From: an uncultured Deferribacteraceae bacterium
GTDB taxonomy: Bacteria; Chrysiogenota; Deferribacteres; CAMZNJ01
Assembly: GCA_947313825.1 (NCBI GenBank)
Contig: CAMZNJ010000024.1
Span: 1 to 56,781, forward strand
Reading direction: 5' to 3'
DNA length: 56,781 bases
Translations under genes and position numbers: made by a program
Part shown: positions 38,344-48,078 of the stretch, piece by piece
Layout: each line of letters starts with the position of its first letter
Position numbering within the stretch: the stretch's first letter is position 1
The notes under the pieces: model-generated
The model's database searches: none
Seen by the model: only the letters and a program-made list of their open reading frames with translations
What the model was told of the DNA's origin: nothing

Positions 38344-39885
38344 ATGCTTATGAACAAAGTTGCCCTATTCATACTCGACGGCTGGGGGTATCGTGAAGAA
38401 ACAGAACACAACGCTGTTCTACTCGCGAATACACCAAACTACGACAAACTAGTACGCGAAAACAAAAGCGTGTTCCTACAAGCTAGCGGCGAAGCTGTAG
38501 GATTACCACACGGACAAATGGGGAACTCCGAAGTAGGACACCTAAACATCGGTGCCGGTCGAGTTGTTTTCCAAGAACTTGTCAAAATCAACCGAGCACT
38601 AGAAAGTGGCGAATTTGCTCAACTCCCCGTACTGAAAAACATTGCCGACCACCTAGAAAAAACTGGGGGCAACCTACACCTCTTCGGACTCGTATCCGAC
38701 GGCGGTGTACACTCACACACACAACACATCAAAGGGGTGGCTAAAGCATTCAACTCGCTAGGAATAAACAATATCCGAATGCACGCTTTCTCCGATGGAC
38801 GCGATACGCCACCACAAAGTGGACGCGAATTCATACAAGACCTCGACGATTACATGAAAAATAATAATCTAGGGGCAGTGGCAACAGTAACAGGACGATA
38901 CTTCGCAATGGACAGAGACAAACGATGGGAACGTACGCTCAAAGCATACAACACAATATGCCATAGCGAAAATGTGCCAAAATTTAACTCAGTTGCAGAT
39001 GGTATCGAAAACCAATACAACAAAAAAATCACAGACGAATTCCTCGAACCATTTGCCGTGGACGGACTAACATTCGACACCAATGTCAAAGATGGAGACG
39101 CTATATTCTTCTGCAACTTCAGAACCGATCGTGGACGACAACTAACAGAAATGTTCATCAGCGAAAACTTCGATTACGCTAACAGAGGCAAAAAACTAGA
39201 CGTACGGTTCGCAACCATGACAATGTACAGTGAAGACTTTAACCTCGAAATCGCATTCGCAAAAGATGAATACAAAAATATATTCGGCGAAGTTGTCGCA
39301 AACAACGGACTCAAACAACTAAGACTCGCCGAAACAGAAAAATACCCACACGTAACATTCTTCTTCAACGGCGGACGGGAAGAACCATACAAAGGGGAAG
39401 AACGTATCCTCGTCAACTCACCCAGAGACGTTGCCACATACGACCTCAAACCCGAAATGAGCATCGAAGAAGTTACCAACAAATTCTGTGCCGCGTTCGA
39501 AACAGGAAACCTAGATGTTGCCATCGTCAACTTTGCCAACCCCGACATGGTAGGGCACACAGGAGTAGAAGGAGCAGTAATATCGGCGTTGGAAGCTGTG
39601 GACGCATCCTTGGGCAAAGTTCTACAAACAGCACGAAACGTCGGGGCAACCGTACTCGTTACGGCAGATCACGGCAACTGCGAACTAATGTGGGACTACG
39701 AAAACAATGTGCCACACACACAGCACACAACAAACTTGGTGCGACTAACTCTCGACGCTCGCAAAGACGACATACAGCTTGGCGACAACAACGGCAAGCT
39801 TGCCGACATTGCACCAACAATGCTGCAAATTCTGGGCATTCAACAACCGAAAGAGATGGACGGCAACTCCCTGCTCAAAGGGTAG
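38344..39885 (+). CDS. gpmI: 2,3-bisphosphoglycerate-independent phosphoglycerate mutase
   Basis: ILDGWG, MGNSEVGH, DGRDT, GRYFAMDRD, NPDMVGHTG and TADHGN. Confidence 0.98.
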   Translation: MLMNKVALFILDGWGYREETEHNAVLLANTPNYDKLVRENKSVFLQASGEAVGLPHGQMGNSEVGHLNIGAGRVVFQELVKINRALESGEFAQLPVLKNIADHLEKTGGNLHLFGLVSDGGVHSHTQHIKGVAKAFNSLGINNIRMHAFSDGRDTPPQSGREFIQDLDDYMKNNNLGAVATVTGRYFAMDRDKRWERTLKAYNTICHSENVPKFNSVADGIENQYNKKITDEFLEPFAVDGLTFDTNVKDGDAIFFCNFRTDRGRQLTEMFISENFDYANRGKKLDVRFATMTMYSEDFNLEIAFAKDEYKNIFGEVVANNGLKQLRLAETEKYPHVTFFFNGGREEPYKGEERILVNSPRDVATYDLKPEMSIEEVTNKFCAAFETGNLDVAIVNFANPDMVGHTGVEGAVISALEAVDASLGKVLQTARNVGATVLVTADHGNCELMWDYENNVPHTQHTTNLVRLTLDARKDDIQLGDNNGKLADIAPTMLQILGIQQPKEMDGNSLLKG

Positions 39886-40128
39886 GCGTGGCAACACGGT
39901 TGCGTGCAACACGTTGGCGTGCAACCCGTTGCGTAATGCTGTTGTGCGGTTGCGGTAACACTTTGTCGTGCAAAAATAATGGAAGATAACACATAGGTCG
40001 AACGGTCGCACTCAACCACCTTCTCAAGGTAGTGGGTGCGATTTTTCGTGTTACGGAAAATACGTTGGCGTGCAACACGTCGCGGAAAACACGTTGGCGT
40101 GCAACCTATTGCGTAATGCTGTCGTGCG
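39886..40128. repeat. Two CAACACGTTGGCGTG-type mini-arrays, each ending in a 41-bp direct repeat (39908-39948 and 40088-40128)
   Basis: AACACGTTGGCGTGCAACC..TTGCGTAATGCTGT.GTGCG, 3 mismatches, 180 bp apart. Confidence 0.9.
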
Positions 40129-40130
40129 AA

Positions 40131-40982
40131 CTACTTGAGAAAGATGGAGTACTTCTTGAGCACAATATCAGGGTAGTAGGCACTTTTGGACTGCCTTAAA
40201 CCGGGGTCGCCTAAATCCTGCTGAAAGTTGATATATTTATGTGTGCCGACAATCGTTTCGGCAAACGACATGTTCATGGCTTGGTATACCCCTTTGTACC
40301 GGACATCCCCCTTTTGAAACAGCAGGTTGAATGTTTTGTTTGAGATTGTGCTGCCAAGGCAAAATCCGGATGGTTCGCCGTTGCTGTAGAACACGTACCC
40401 TTCGAGTCCGAGTTCCTCTTGTTGCATTATTCCGACTTTGGCTTGGTCGTAATCGGAGTACCCTTCACGTCCGCCGTCGAGTCGGTTGTTTGCCCAATTG
40501 TCGAGCACAGTGAGTGCATCGATTTGTATTGATCTTTCCATGGGTTTACGCTCTAGCGTGTAGAGGTTGTGGTATTGTTTGGCGAGGTTTCGTCTTTTGC
40601 TGAGTTTTCGTCCGGGCATTGTTGTTAGTTTTTCGGCTAGGTAGAGGTAGTCGAAGTCTTCCTCGAGTGCTTCTGTGGCGAATCTAGGGTCGTCGCCGAG
40701 GTGTGTCAGCCATTTTTCGTCCACGGGGTAGATGAACTTATATTTTTTGAGGATGGTTTCGATTTCGTCTAGTGAGAAGTGTGGCAGGTCGTTTGTGAGT
40801 AGTGCGTATGTGTTGTTGTCGTTGTCTGTGCTTGCGATGATGATGTTGTCGCCCATTCGGTCGATGGATTGTTTGTATCCGTGTTGGAAGATGAACGTGT
40901 TTGAGAATGAGAATTCGGATATGCAGGAGTCGATGGCTAGGAATAGTTTGTCAAGCTCTGTGCGTTGGTTGATTTCTATCAT
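40131..40982 (-). CDS. DUF2156 / aminoacyl-phosphatidylglycerol synthase C-terminal-like GNAT protein
   Basis: SEFSFSN, DYLY...L..MPGRKLSKRRN, KG...YKGVYQ and YINFQQDLGDPGLRQSKSAYYP. Confidence 0.85.
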   Translation of the reverse strand: MIEINQRTELDKLFLAIDSCISEFSFSNTFIFQHGYKQSIDRMGDNIIIASTDNDNNTYALLTNDLPHFSLDEIETILKKYKFIYPVDEKWLTHLGDDPRFATEALEEDFDYLYLAEKLTTMPGRKLSKRRNLAKQYHNLYTLERKPMERSIQIDALTVLDNWANNRLDGGREGYSDYDQAKVGIMQQEELGLEGYVFYSNGEPSGFCLGSTISNKTFNLLFQKGDVRYKGVYQAMNMSFAETIVGTHKYINFQQDLGDPGLRQSKSAYYPDIVLKKYSIFLK

Positions 40983-41141
40983 AGGGATTTTCCTTTGTGT
41001 TGAATTTTATTTACCATAATACACGCTTCATTAAATAACACAATATTTTTATTGATGGGTTTTGTACAGGTTATTATTTATTTATAAAGTGTGTGAATTG
41101 TGTTAGAATGGTGATATTTGATAGGTTGTGAGGTGGTTCCC

Positions 41142-41861
41142 ATGAAGCCAATACTGATTGTTTCAGATGCTGCGAAATCGAGCGATTATGCCCGCATGTT
41201 TATGGAGGATGGTTGGGAGACGTACACCTTGCCCATGTTTTCCCACAAAGTGAACGACTTTCCCATTAACCAGCCTCGATATATGTTTATCATCATACCG
41301 GATATTCATTCAGCCTACAGTATGCGGTATCGATTGCGGGATATGACTGCCACGAGCCTTATTTGTATCGGCGAGGATACGGGCAAAATACTGAATAAGT
41401 ATGCGTTACGCAGAGCTGATGTTGTGTTGAGCGATGCTTCTATGGAAAATATTTTGGAGGCGATGGAGCGAATATCCATGGCTGGTGATACCATATTTTT
41501 GGCGTCGGGGAATAGTCCTGTTGCAACTGAAATTGCTGAGTTCTTCAAAAACAAGAGTGTTGCCCTTGAGGCACCCCATGTGTACACGCAGGAAACCATA
41601 CAGTATCATCATGGGTTTGTTGGGGATTACATGAAAGTTCTCAACATTAAAGATGTACTTCTACTCTCCCCGTTAGGTGCGAGATCGTTTGTTGATCAGC
41701 CGGGGCTGGATGTTACAAGGTATAATTTTCATGTTGCGGGGGAAACCACGGCGAGTTGCCTTTCTGACTACAATCTTCAGCTAAATATCTGCCTGAAAGC
41801 TGATCCGAGGAGTGTTAGAACTAGTATTTGGAACTATTGGAAGCGGGAAGGGCTTCTATAA
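41142..41861 (+). CDS. Uroporphyrinogen-III synthase (HemD)-like protein, divergent
   Basis: CIGEDT..L, VYTQ, LLSPLGARSF and VAGETTASCL resemble the HemD motifs IG..T, VY and F.S.S. GAGGTGG RBS present. Confidence 0.6.
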   Translation: MKPILIVSDAAKSSDYARMFMEDGWETYTLPMFSHKVNDFPINQPRYMFIIIPDIHSAYSMRYRLRDMTATSLICIGEDTGKILNKYALRRADVVLSDASMENILEAMERISMAGDTIFLASGNSPVATEIAEFFKNKSVALEAPHVYTQETIQYHHGFVGDYMKVLNIKDVLLLSPLGARSFVDQPGLDVTRYNFHVAGETTASCLSDYNLQLNICLKADPRSVRTSIWNYWKREGLL

Positions 41862-43874
41862 AAAACTGTACGGATCCCTGTCAACCTTCAACGTAATATT
41901 TTTTGTGCGAAGAGACCTGAACGCCTCCTGAACTTGGTGCATCGTATGTAGCATTAATGTGTGGGATGGTGCCACTATCATGAAGTTGTAGCGGTAGGTG
42001 TTTTCGATTTTATGCACGGGAGACTCAGCAGGACCCTTAACACTAACCCCCTCTGTGGCGTAAATCGTGTTGGCAAGCTGTTGGGTAATGTTCATGGTTT
42101 CGTCGGGGTGGTAGCCGCTAACTGTTACCCTGCATATTTTGCTGAATGGCGGGTAGTTGAATGCTTGCCGGTGCTCGAGCTCTAGTTGGTAGAACCCATG
42201 GTAGTCCATCTCTGTGGCTAGCTGTATTACGGGGGTTTCGGGCATAAATGTTTGCACCATCACTCTCCCCTTTAGCCCCTCGCGTCCTGCTCGACCTGAA
42301 ACCTGTACAATCATCTGGAATGCTCTTTCGTTGGCACGAAAATCTGGCATGGAGAACATGTTATCAAAGTGCAGGATACCGACGAGTGTTACGTTGGGGA
42401 AGTGGAGCCCTTTGGCAACCATCTGAGTGCCGACGAGTATCTGTTTCTCCCCCTCTTCAAACATTTTAATGGCACGTTTAAGCTTGGTATGCGTGCTCGT
42501 GGTGGATGTGTCCATCTGCATGACCTTGCCAGGGAACAGGTCTTCTATTATCTCAGCTACTTTTTCTGTGCCAGCACCGTAGTCGTAAATATCGTTGCTC
42601 CCGCATGTTTGGCATTTGAGTTTTGGGGTTGTGCTGTTGCAGTAGTGGCATTGGAATATTTTACGTGATTTGTAGAACGTCAAGGGGACGGAGCAGTTGA
42701 GGCAGTTCGCCATTGTGCCACATGTTCGGCAAACAAGGTGTGGCGAATACCCCCGCCTATTCAGGAACAGAATACATTGTTCACCGCGTTTAATTAGTTG
42801 GTGTATCTCGTCGTACAGCTCTAGGGATACGATGCCATCGATGCTGTCGGCTTCCCGCATGTTCACAATATGCATATCAGGAACAGAAGCAGTGTTGGCA
42901 CGCTCTAAAAGGGGGTGCAAGTGGTATTTGCCAAGGGTAGCGTTATGGTAGCTTTCAATGGACGGGGTGGCAGACGCAAGGATAACAGGGACACGAGCGA
43001 GCTTGCCGTAGAGAACAGCCATGTCGCGAAGGTGGTAGTGGGGGGCATTATCCTGCTTGTAGTTATGTTCGTGCTCCTCGTCAACAATCACCAAACCAAG
43101 GTCTTTAACTGGCAGAAACAGGGCACTCCTTGCACCGAGAATAATGGAAATATTGCCGGTATGAAAATGGTGAAAGTGGTGCAAACGTTTGCTTGCGGAA
43201 ATTTTGCTGTGGTACGAAGAAACCTTGTAACCAAGGCGGGACGAAATACGGCTGATAAGCTGTGGGGTCAAGGATATTTCAGGGACGATGTACAAAACCT
43301 GCTTACCAAGGGAAAGAGCCTTGTGGATAACGTCAACCATAACCTCAGTTTTACCACTACCGGTAATGCCATGGAGAAGATGGGTGGAAAACGCGTCCAT
43401 ATGGCCTTTAATGCTCTGGGAAATCGCCGACTGTGCCGGCGAGAGGGTGATGGGCTCAACGGGGACAACCTTCTCGGCAATATATTCGGGAGCTGTGTCG
43501 GCGAGCTTGCTCAAAATCGATGTGGGGAGCAGTCGCCATAGGGTGAGGTTTAGGCTGACGCTGTAATAAGTGGACAGGGACTCAAGAAGCTCAACCATGG
43601 GGGCGTTCAGGGTTATGGGGGTTTGTTGGTGGATGCTCTTGTAGATCACGTCGGGCTTAACATCCTCAGGCGAGGTTGCTCCGAGTACCATGGCAGGACG
43701 CACCTTGTTGCGAACAGGAACCAACACAATCTGTCCACGAGTGAGGGGCACGCTACTAGTGTACCCTGCAACGTAGGTGGAGTAGGGTGTTGCCGCAGAC
43801 AGCATGGGACCGAATGGAACAATATTGTAGATAGGTTCGTTGTTGCCAGTGCTATTTACTGCTGAGCATGCCAT
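41856..43874 (-). CDS. priA: Primosomal protein N' (replication-restart helicase)
   Basis: GITGSGKTE, VPEISLTPQ, DEEHE, four CxxC pairs, GTQMVAKG and QVSGRAGR. Confidence 0.97.
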   Translation of the reverse strand: MACSAVNSTGNNEPIYNIVPFGPMLSAATPYSTYVAGYTSSVPLTRGQIVLVPVRNKVRPAMVLGATSPEDVKPDVIYKSIHQQTPITLNAPMVELLESLSTYYSVSLNLTLWRLLPTSILSKLADTAPEYIAEKVVPVEPITLSPAQSAISQSIKGHMDAFSTHLLHGITGSGKTEVMVDVIHKALSLGKQVLYIVPEISLTPQLISRISSRLGYKVSSYHSKISASKRLHHFHHFHTGNISIILGARSALFLPVKDLGLVIVDEEHEHNYKQDNAPHYHLRDMAVLYGKLARVPVILASATPSIESYHNATLGKYHLHPLLERANTASVPDMHIVNMREADSIDGIVSLELYDEIHQLIKRGEQCILFLNRRGYSPHLVCRTCGTMANCLNCSVPLTFYKSRKIFQCHYCNSTTPKLKCQTCGSNDIYDYGAGTEKVAEIIEDLFPGKVMQMDTSTTSTHTKLKRAIKMFEEGEKQILVGTQMVAKGLHFPNVTLVGILHFDNMFSMPDFRANERAFQMIVQVSGRAGREGLKGRVMVQTFMPETPVIQLATEMDYHGFYQLELEHRQAFNYPPFSKICRVTVSGYHPDETMNITQQLANTIYATEGVSVKGPAESPVHKIENTYRYNFMIVAPSHTLMLHTMHQVQEAFRSLRTKNITLKVDRDPYSFL

Positions 43875-43892
43875 TTAATTATACAGCCTTGT

Positions 43893-44879
43893 TTATTTTG
43901 TGCGTGTAACAAGTATGCTAGGGAGTGCTTCCAGAGCTTTCCGATACTCAGAATCCTCGTCGAAAAGGTAGAGGTATGCCGATGTTTTGTTGGCGAGTGC
44001 CATGAGGTTTTCGTTGCATTTGTCTTCAATGCCGTAGTTTTTCATGAGGGCGGAAACTTGTGCAGAGATATCCTCCCGTTCACTATTTGGAGGGTTTGCC
44101 ATGGCGATGCGTTGTATGAAATCCTTCTCCTCAGGGGTAACTTCCTGCAGTAGCTTTATCATAGGGAAAGTAATTTTGCCTTCATAGAGATCTTTATGCA
44201 GGGTTTTGCCAGTAATATGGGGTTGGCTGAAGTAGTCGAGAAGGTCGTCGGATATTTGGAAAATGTATCCGAGGTTTTGACCGTAAAGGGAGAGGGCACG
44301 CTCTTCGTATGTGCGTTGGTTGTTGGTTATTGCAACTGAGGAGCACGTGGCAGCAAAAAGGGATGCTGTCTTGCCGTGGATAATTTTCATATATTCACCT
44401 TCGGTAAGGTTAATATTGCCAATGTTATTTAGTTGTTGAATCTCGGATGTGCAGAGGTTTTTTGTTGTTTGGGCGAATAGTTGAATTAGGCGAACACTAT
44501 TGAGCTCGGAAATCATTGTGAAAGCATTAGCATAGAGGTAGTCCCCAGCGAGTACTGTAACGTCGTTGCCAAAGCGGCTGTTAACACTTTCTGAACCACG
44601 ACGCAGCAAGGCTCCATCGATAATATCGTCGTGCATGAGGGTTGCGTTGTGTAGTAGTTCGAGACAGCTAGCAACTTTTACGCTAGTAGCCCTGTCGGCG
44701 TTGCACATGCCAGCACAAAGGGTATGTAGGGTAGCACGTATGAGCTTGCTTTTGCCGTCAAACATATATGAGGCTATTTCAGAGATGAATTCGGATTCCT
44801 GAGAGAGGGATGCCTTGGCGAGCTTTTCCGCTTCAGAGATGTCGTCCTTTACCAATGAGTAAATGTTATTCAAGTCCAT
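43893..44879 (-). CDS. ispB: Polyprenyl (octaprenyl-type) diphosphate synthase
   Basis: ELLHNATLMHDDIID..RRG, GDYL, GKTA and FQISDDLLD. Confidence 0.88.
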   Translation of the reverse strand: MDLNNIYSLVKDDISEAEKLAKASLSQESEFISEIASYMFDGKSKLIRATLHTLCAGMCNADRATSVKVASCLELLHNATLMHDDIIDGALLRRGSESVNSRFGNDVTVLAGDYLYANAFTMISELNSVRLIQLFAQTTKNLCTSEIQQLNNIGNINLTEGEYMKIIHGKTASLFAATCSSVAITNNQRTYEERALSLYGQNLGYIFQISDDLLDYFSQPHITGKTLHKDLYEGKITFPMIKLLQEVTPEEKDFIQRIAMANPPNSEREDISAQVSALMKNYGIEDKCNENLMALANKTSAYLYLFDEDSEYRKALEALPSILVTRTK

Positions 44880-44926
44880 AACGATATACCTTCCAGTTAT
44901 ATATATTATTTTTGTTAGTTAGTTAT

Positions 44927-45409
44927 TTATATTGTTGAGTGGTGCAGGGGGCGGTTGCAGTGCACAGCGATTTCGTTTGCGTCGCTGATGATTTTGTCGC
45001 TGTAGCGAACCTTATCGGAGCCTATTTCGTAGGACTCCCCCTCTTTGTTTACCAAAACAAGGTAGTACTGAATGCGTTTGCGTCCAAATGGCAGTGGTAG
45101 GTTACGACTTTGCAGATCGAAGTAGTGGATATTGTCAAACGGTATGGTGTTAGTTTTGTTGAGCATCAGGAATGTTATTTGATAGCGTGCCTCATTTTTT
45201 TCGCCATCAAAAACCCATTCCTCGCGATAGGTTAAGGCTGCCAAGGATATTACAGCGATAATAATGCCTGCAATGGGGAGGCTCTTGGTAACGAGGAACG
45301 CCATGGCGAGTACGACTAAAATGATGATATAGGTGTAGCGAAACAGGTTGGATATTTTGTATTTAATTTGGTTATGCTTGCGTGTGAGCTGGTAGTTGAA
45401 AAATATCAT
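44927..45409 (-). CDS. Hypothetical membrane protein
   Basis: 160 aa ORF with two TM helices followed by a small soluble domain. Co-oriented with its neighbours. Confidence 0.7.
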   Translation of the reverse strand: MIFFNYQLTRKHNQIKYKISNLFRYTYIIILVVLAMAFLVTKSLPIAGIIIAVISLAALTYREEWVFDGEKNEARYQITFLMLNKTNTIPFDNIHYFDLQSRNLPLPFGRKRIQYYLVLVNKEGESYEIGSDKVRYSDKIISDANEIAVHCNRPLHHSTI

Positions 45410-45625
45410 TTAAAAGATCCCGTATCGGTTTATAGGTGAACATCGGGGCTCATGGACTGAAATTTAATGGGCAGGGATGATGCTCAAGTGCGGTTTATCA
45501 TGACTGGGCGGTGAGGTGCTCGCACCAGTGTATTCAATTCCTAACACTGTAACATAATTTTTTAATGAAAGCAAGATTAGATATAACAACACTGCTTGGG
45601 GGCGGGGAAAGAGGGATGGGCACGC

Positions 45626-46630
45626 CTAGAGGTGTGAGGAGGAGGAAGATGGGCGATGTGTTTGGAAGAACTCCACAAGACGCCTCTTCAGAAGCTCGTA
45701 AATGGCGTCGTTGTCGAGGGTTTCCGTATGACCAATTCGCCCACCAGCAGTTTTCTTGTAACCGCCACCAGTGCCGTTGCCCAGTGCGAGGAAGCCGGCG
45801 ATTTCGCTAGCGTGAGCCCATTCAGGTTTGTACCTTAGGGAGAAGTATGAAAAATTATCCAATGACCCCACGGAGATAACACCGTCCAGTGCTTTGTTGG
45901 ATATGAGGAAATCGCTTGTTTCGCCTGTGATGTCTAAGCTGTCGATGGAGCCAAGGTTCGACATTAAAAACTTGGTTTCCTGAACAAGCTCGGAGTTGAT
46001 GTACGCGTTGCAAACTGTTTCGTAGTAGAGGGGGGTGCGGCTAACACTCTCGATGTGTGATAGCTTTTCGAAGGAGGTGTATTGGGCGAGGTATTTGAGT
46101 TGTAGTTCGTCAAACTTCCTGATTTTGCGAGCGGTGCCCATGGTGTCTGTTTTTACGCCGTAAAACAGGGCGGTGCCTGTTGCCTCTGTGAGGGGGAACC
46201 GTAGCTCTTGGCAGTAGGAGGCGATAATGCTGGAGGCACTGCCGGAGTTGCGAATATCGCAGAACGGTACGGCGAAGGATTCGTTGCGTAGGGAGTGGTG
46301 GTCGATGATGCCGATGACTTCCATGTTGGTGGGGATGTAGATGTTCCCTGAGGTTGGTTGTGTGTCTATCATGATAAGGTATTGGTATTTGTCCACGTCT
46401 ATTGTGTTGATGTCCACGGGGTGGATGTTGCACTCGGTCATCATGTTGAGGTTTTCGGCACGGCTAATGTAGCCGTTGTAAGTGTGGGTAATATTTTTGT
46501 CGGGGTAGTGTTGTTTTGCGAGGGCTGTGAGTATGTGGCAGGAGGCTAGGGCGTCGGGGTCGGGGTAATCGTGCCCAGTGATGATGATGTTGTCGTATTG
46601 TTCGATAATTTGGAGAAGTTTTTGTATCAT
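45626..46630 (-). CDS. DHH/DHHA1-family phosphoesterase
   Basis: HDYPDPDALAS, IDT, IIDHH, DT, SLR and GGGY..AGG. Confidence 0.9.
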   Translation of the reverse strand: MIQKLLQIIEQYDNIIITGHDYPDPDALASCHILTALAKQHYPDKNITHTYNGYISRAENLNMMTECNIHPVDINTIDVDKYQYLIMIDTQPTSGNIYIPTNMEVIGIIDHHSLRNESFAVPFCDIRNSGSASSIIASYCQELRFPLTEATGTALFYGVKTDTMGTARKIRKFDELQLKYLAQYTSFEKLSHIESVSRTPLYYETVCNAYINSELVQETKFLMSNLGSIDSLDITGETSDFLISNKALDGVISVGSLDNFSYFSLRYKPEWAHASEIAGFLALGNGTGGGYKKTAGGRIGHTETLDNDAIYELLKRRLVEFFQTHRPSSSSSHL

Positions 46631-46689
46631 TATGTTTTGTTACCCTTTGGAGTATTTGTGTGTGGGGTGTGTTTAGTGGATTTGGTGGA

Positions 46690-48015
46690 TTAGAAGATGA
46701 GTCGGATGTATGTTGGTGTGCGTCGCATTTCGACGTTGTACGGTTTTGTTTCAGGTTTGGATTGAGCGTTGTTTTGTGGGATATTCTGATTAAGGGTTCC
46801 GTCAGCTGGGTTGTTTTCGGCTATGTTTTCGGCTATGTTTTCGGTGTTATCGTTGTTGGTTGGTATTTGTGCTGTGTTTGGTTGTTGCGGTTGGTTTTGG
46901 GGCACAGTCATGGGAGTGTTTTTGATATATTTTGTGATTTGTGTGCTAAGGTATTTGATGTCGAAAGTGCTGTCAATGGTGTAAGTGATGTTTGTGGTGG
47001 ATAGTGATTTTAGTGATGAGTCGGAGATGTAGCGTCTATTGGCGAGGTGTTTGAGTAGGTTGTTGATGTAAACCATGTCTTTCATGTTTTCGATGATTAG
47101 TTGGAACGATTGTTGGTTGGTGTTGGTGTAGTGGTTCAGAGCGATGGTTTCGCCTAGGGAGCTGATGATTTGTGGTAGTTGATCGTTGATGCATGTATTA
47201 AGTGAGTCTGTTTCGGAGATGTTTGTTTGTGGTTGGTAGTTTTCTGGTGAGCCTATTTTGTATGCGGCGGATGTTGTTGTTGTGATGTTGCATTCGAGGG
47301 TTTCGTCGTTGTAGTTGAGGCTGATGGATGTGTAGACGAGTCGGTCGATGTTGTTGTCGTTGCTGTAAGCGTTGTAGGCTTGGTTGTACCCTTGGTCGTT
47401 TATGAGGTCGACGCTGTTGTTTATGGTATCCTGTTTTGTGGCGGAGTAGAACTGTGTTTCTTTGAGTTTGGTGTTTAGTAGTTGTCCGACCCCTTCGTAT
47501 ATGGAGGTTGTTTCCCTGTTGCCGTTGATGTAGAGGTCGTACCATAGAGTTGAGTTTGTTTTTGCTAGTCCGATGATATTGTTCCACTGCATGAGGGCTT
47601 CGTCGTCGAGGTATACGCGGGTGATGTAGGAAACTCTGTTGTTGGCTGTGGAGATGGAGCGATTGATAATGCTGTAGGAGTTAATGAAAATGGTAAAGTC
47701 TTTGGTGATTTCGGTGGGTTGGTCGATGTAGGGTCTTGCGTTGAAGAATTTTTGGACAGAGTCGAAAAGTGCTCTCTGCAGGGCTCTGTTGTTTGCTGTG
47801 TAGAGGTTGCCGCCAGATATCGGTGCTGAGCCGTATGATGTTACTTGCACCTCCCCTTGTGCTGTGGTTGGGGTTAGTGTGAGGGGTAATAATACTAGCG
47901 ATAAGAGCACGAGGGTGTGTTTCATCATAGAGGGTATTTTTGCTGTTAGTTTTAGTGCTTCTGCTGTCATATTTGCTGTCATATTTGCTGTCAATGCAGG
48001 GATGTAACTCTTCAT
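46690..48015 (-). CDS. Exported hypothetical protein; N-terminus resembles the FlgT-N/LPP20-type domain
   Basis: Signal peptide, then VTSYGSAPISGGNLYTANNRALQRAL. N/T-rich, with internal TANM and ENIA repeats. Confidence 0.6.
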   Translation of the reverse strand: MKSYIPALTANMTANMTAEALKLTAKIPSMMKHTLVLLSLVLLPLTLTPTTAQGEVQVTSYGSAPISGGNLYTANNRALQRALFDSVQKFFNARPYIDQPTEITKDFTIFINSYSIINRSISTANNRVSYITRVYLDDEALMQWNNIIGLAKTNSTLWYDLYINGNRETTSIYEGVGQLLNTKLKETQFYSATKQDTINNSVDLINDQGYNQAYNAYSNDNNIDRLVYTSISLNYNDETLECNITTTTSAAYKIGSPENYQPQTNISETDSLNTCINDQLPQIISSLGETIALNHYTNTNQQSFQLIIENMKDMVYINNLLKHLANRRYISDSSLKSLSTTNITYTIDSTFDIKYLSTQITKYIKNTPMTVPQNQPQQPNTAQIPTNNDNTENIAENIAENNPADGTLNQNIPQNNAQSKPETKPYNVEMRRTPTYIRLIF

Positions 48016-48078
48016 AAGAATAAAAACTCCGTGATTGAAAGTATATACCTATTCAGCCAAATTAACAAGAGGAACTTG

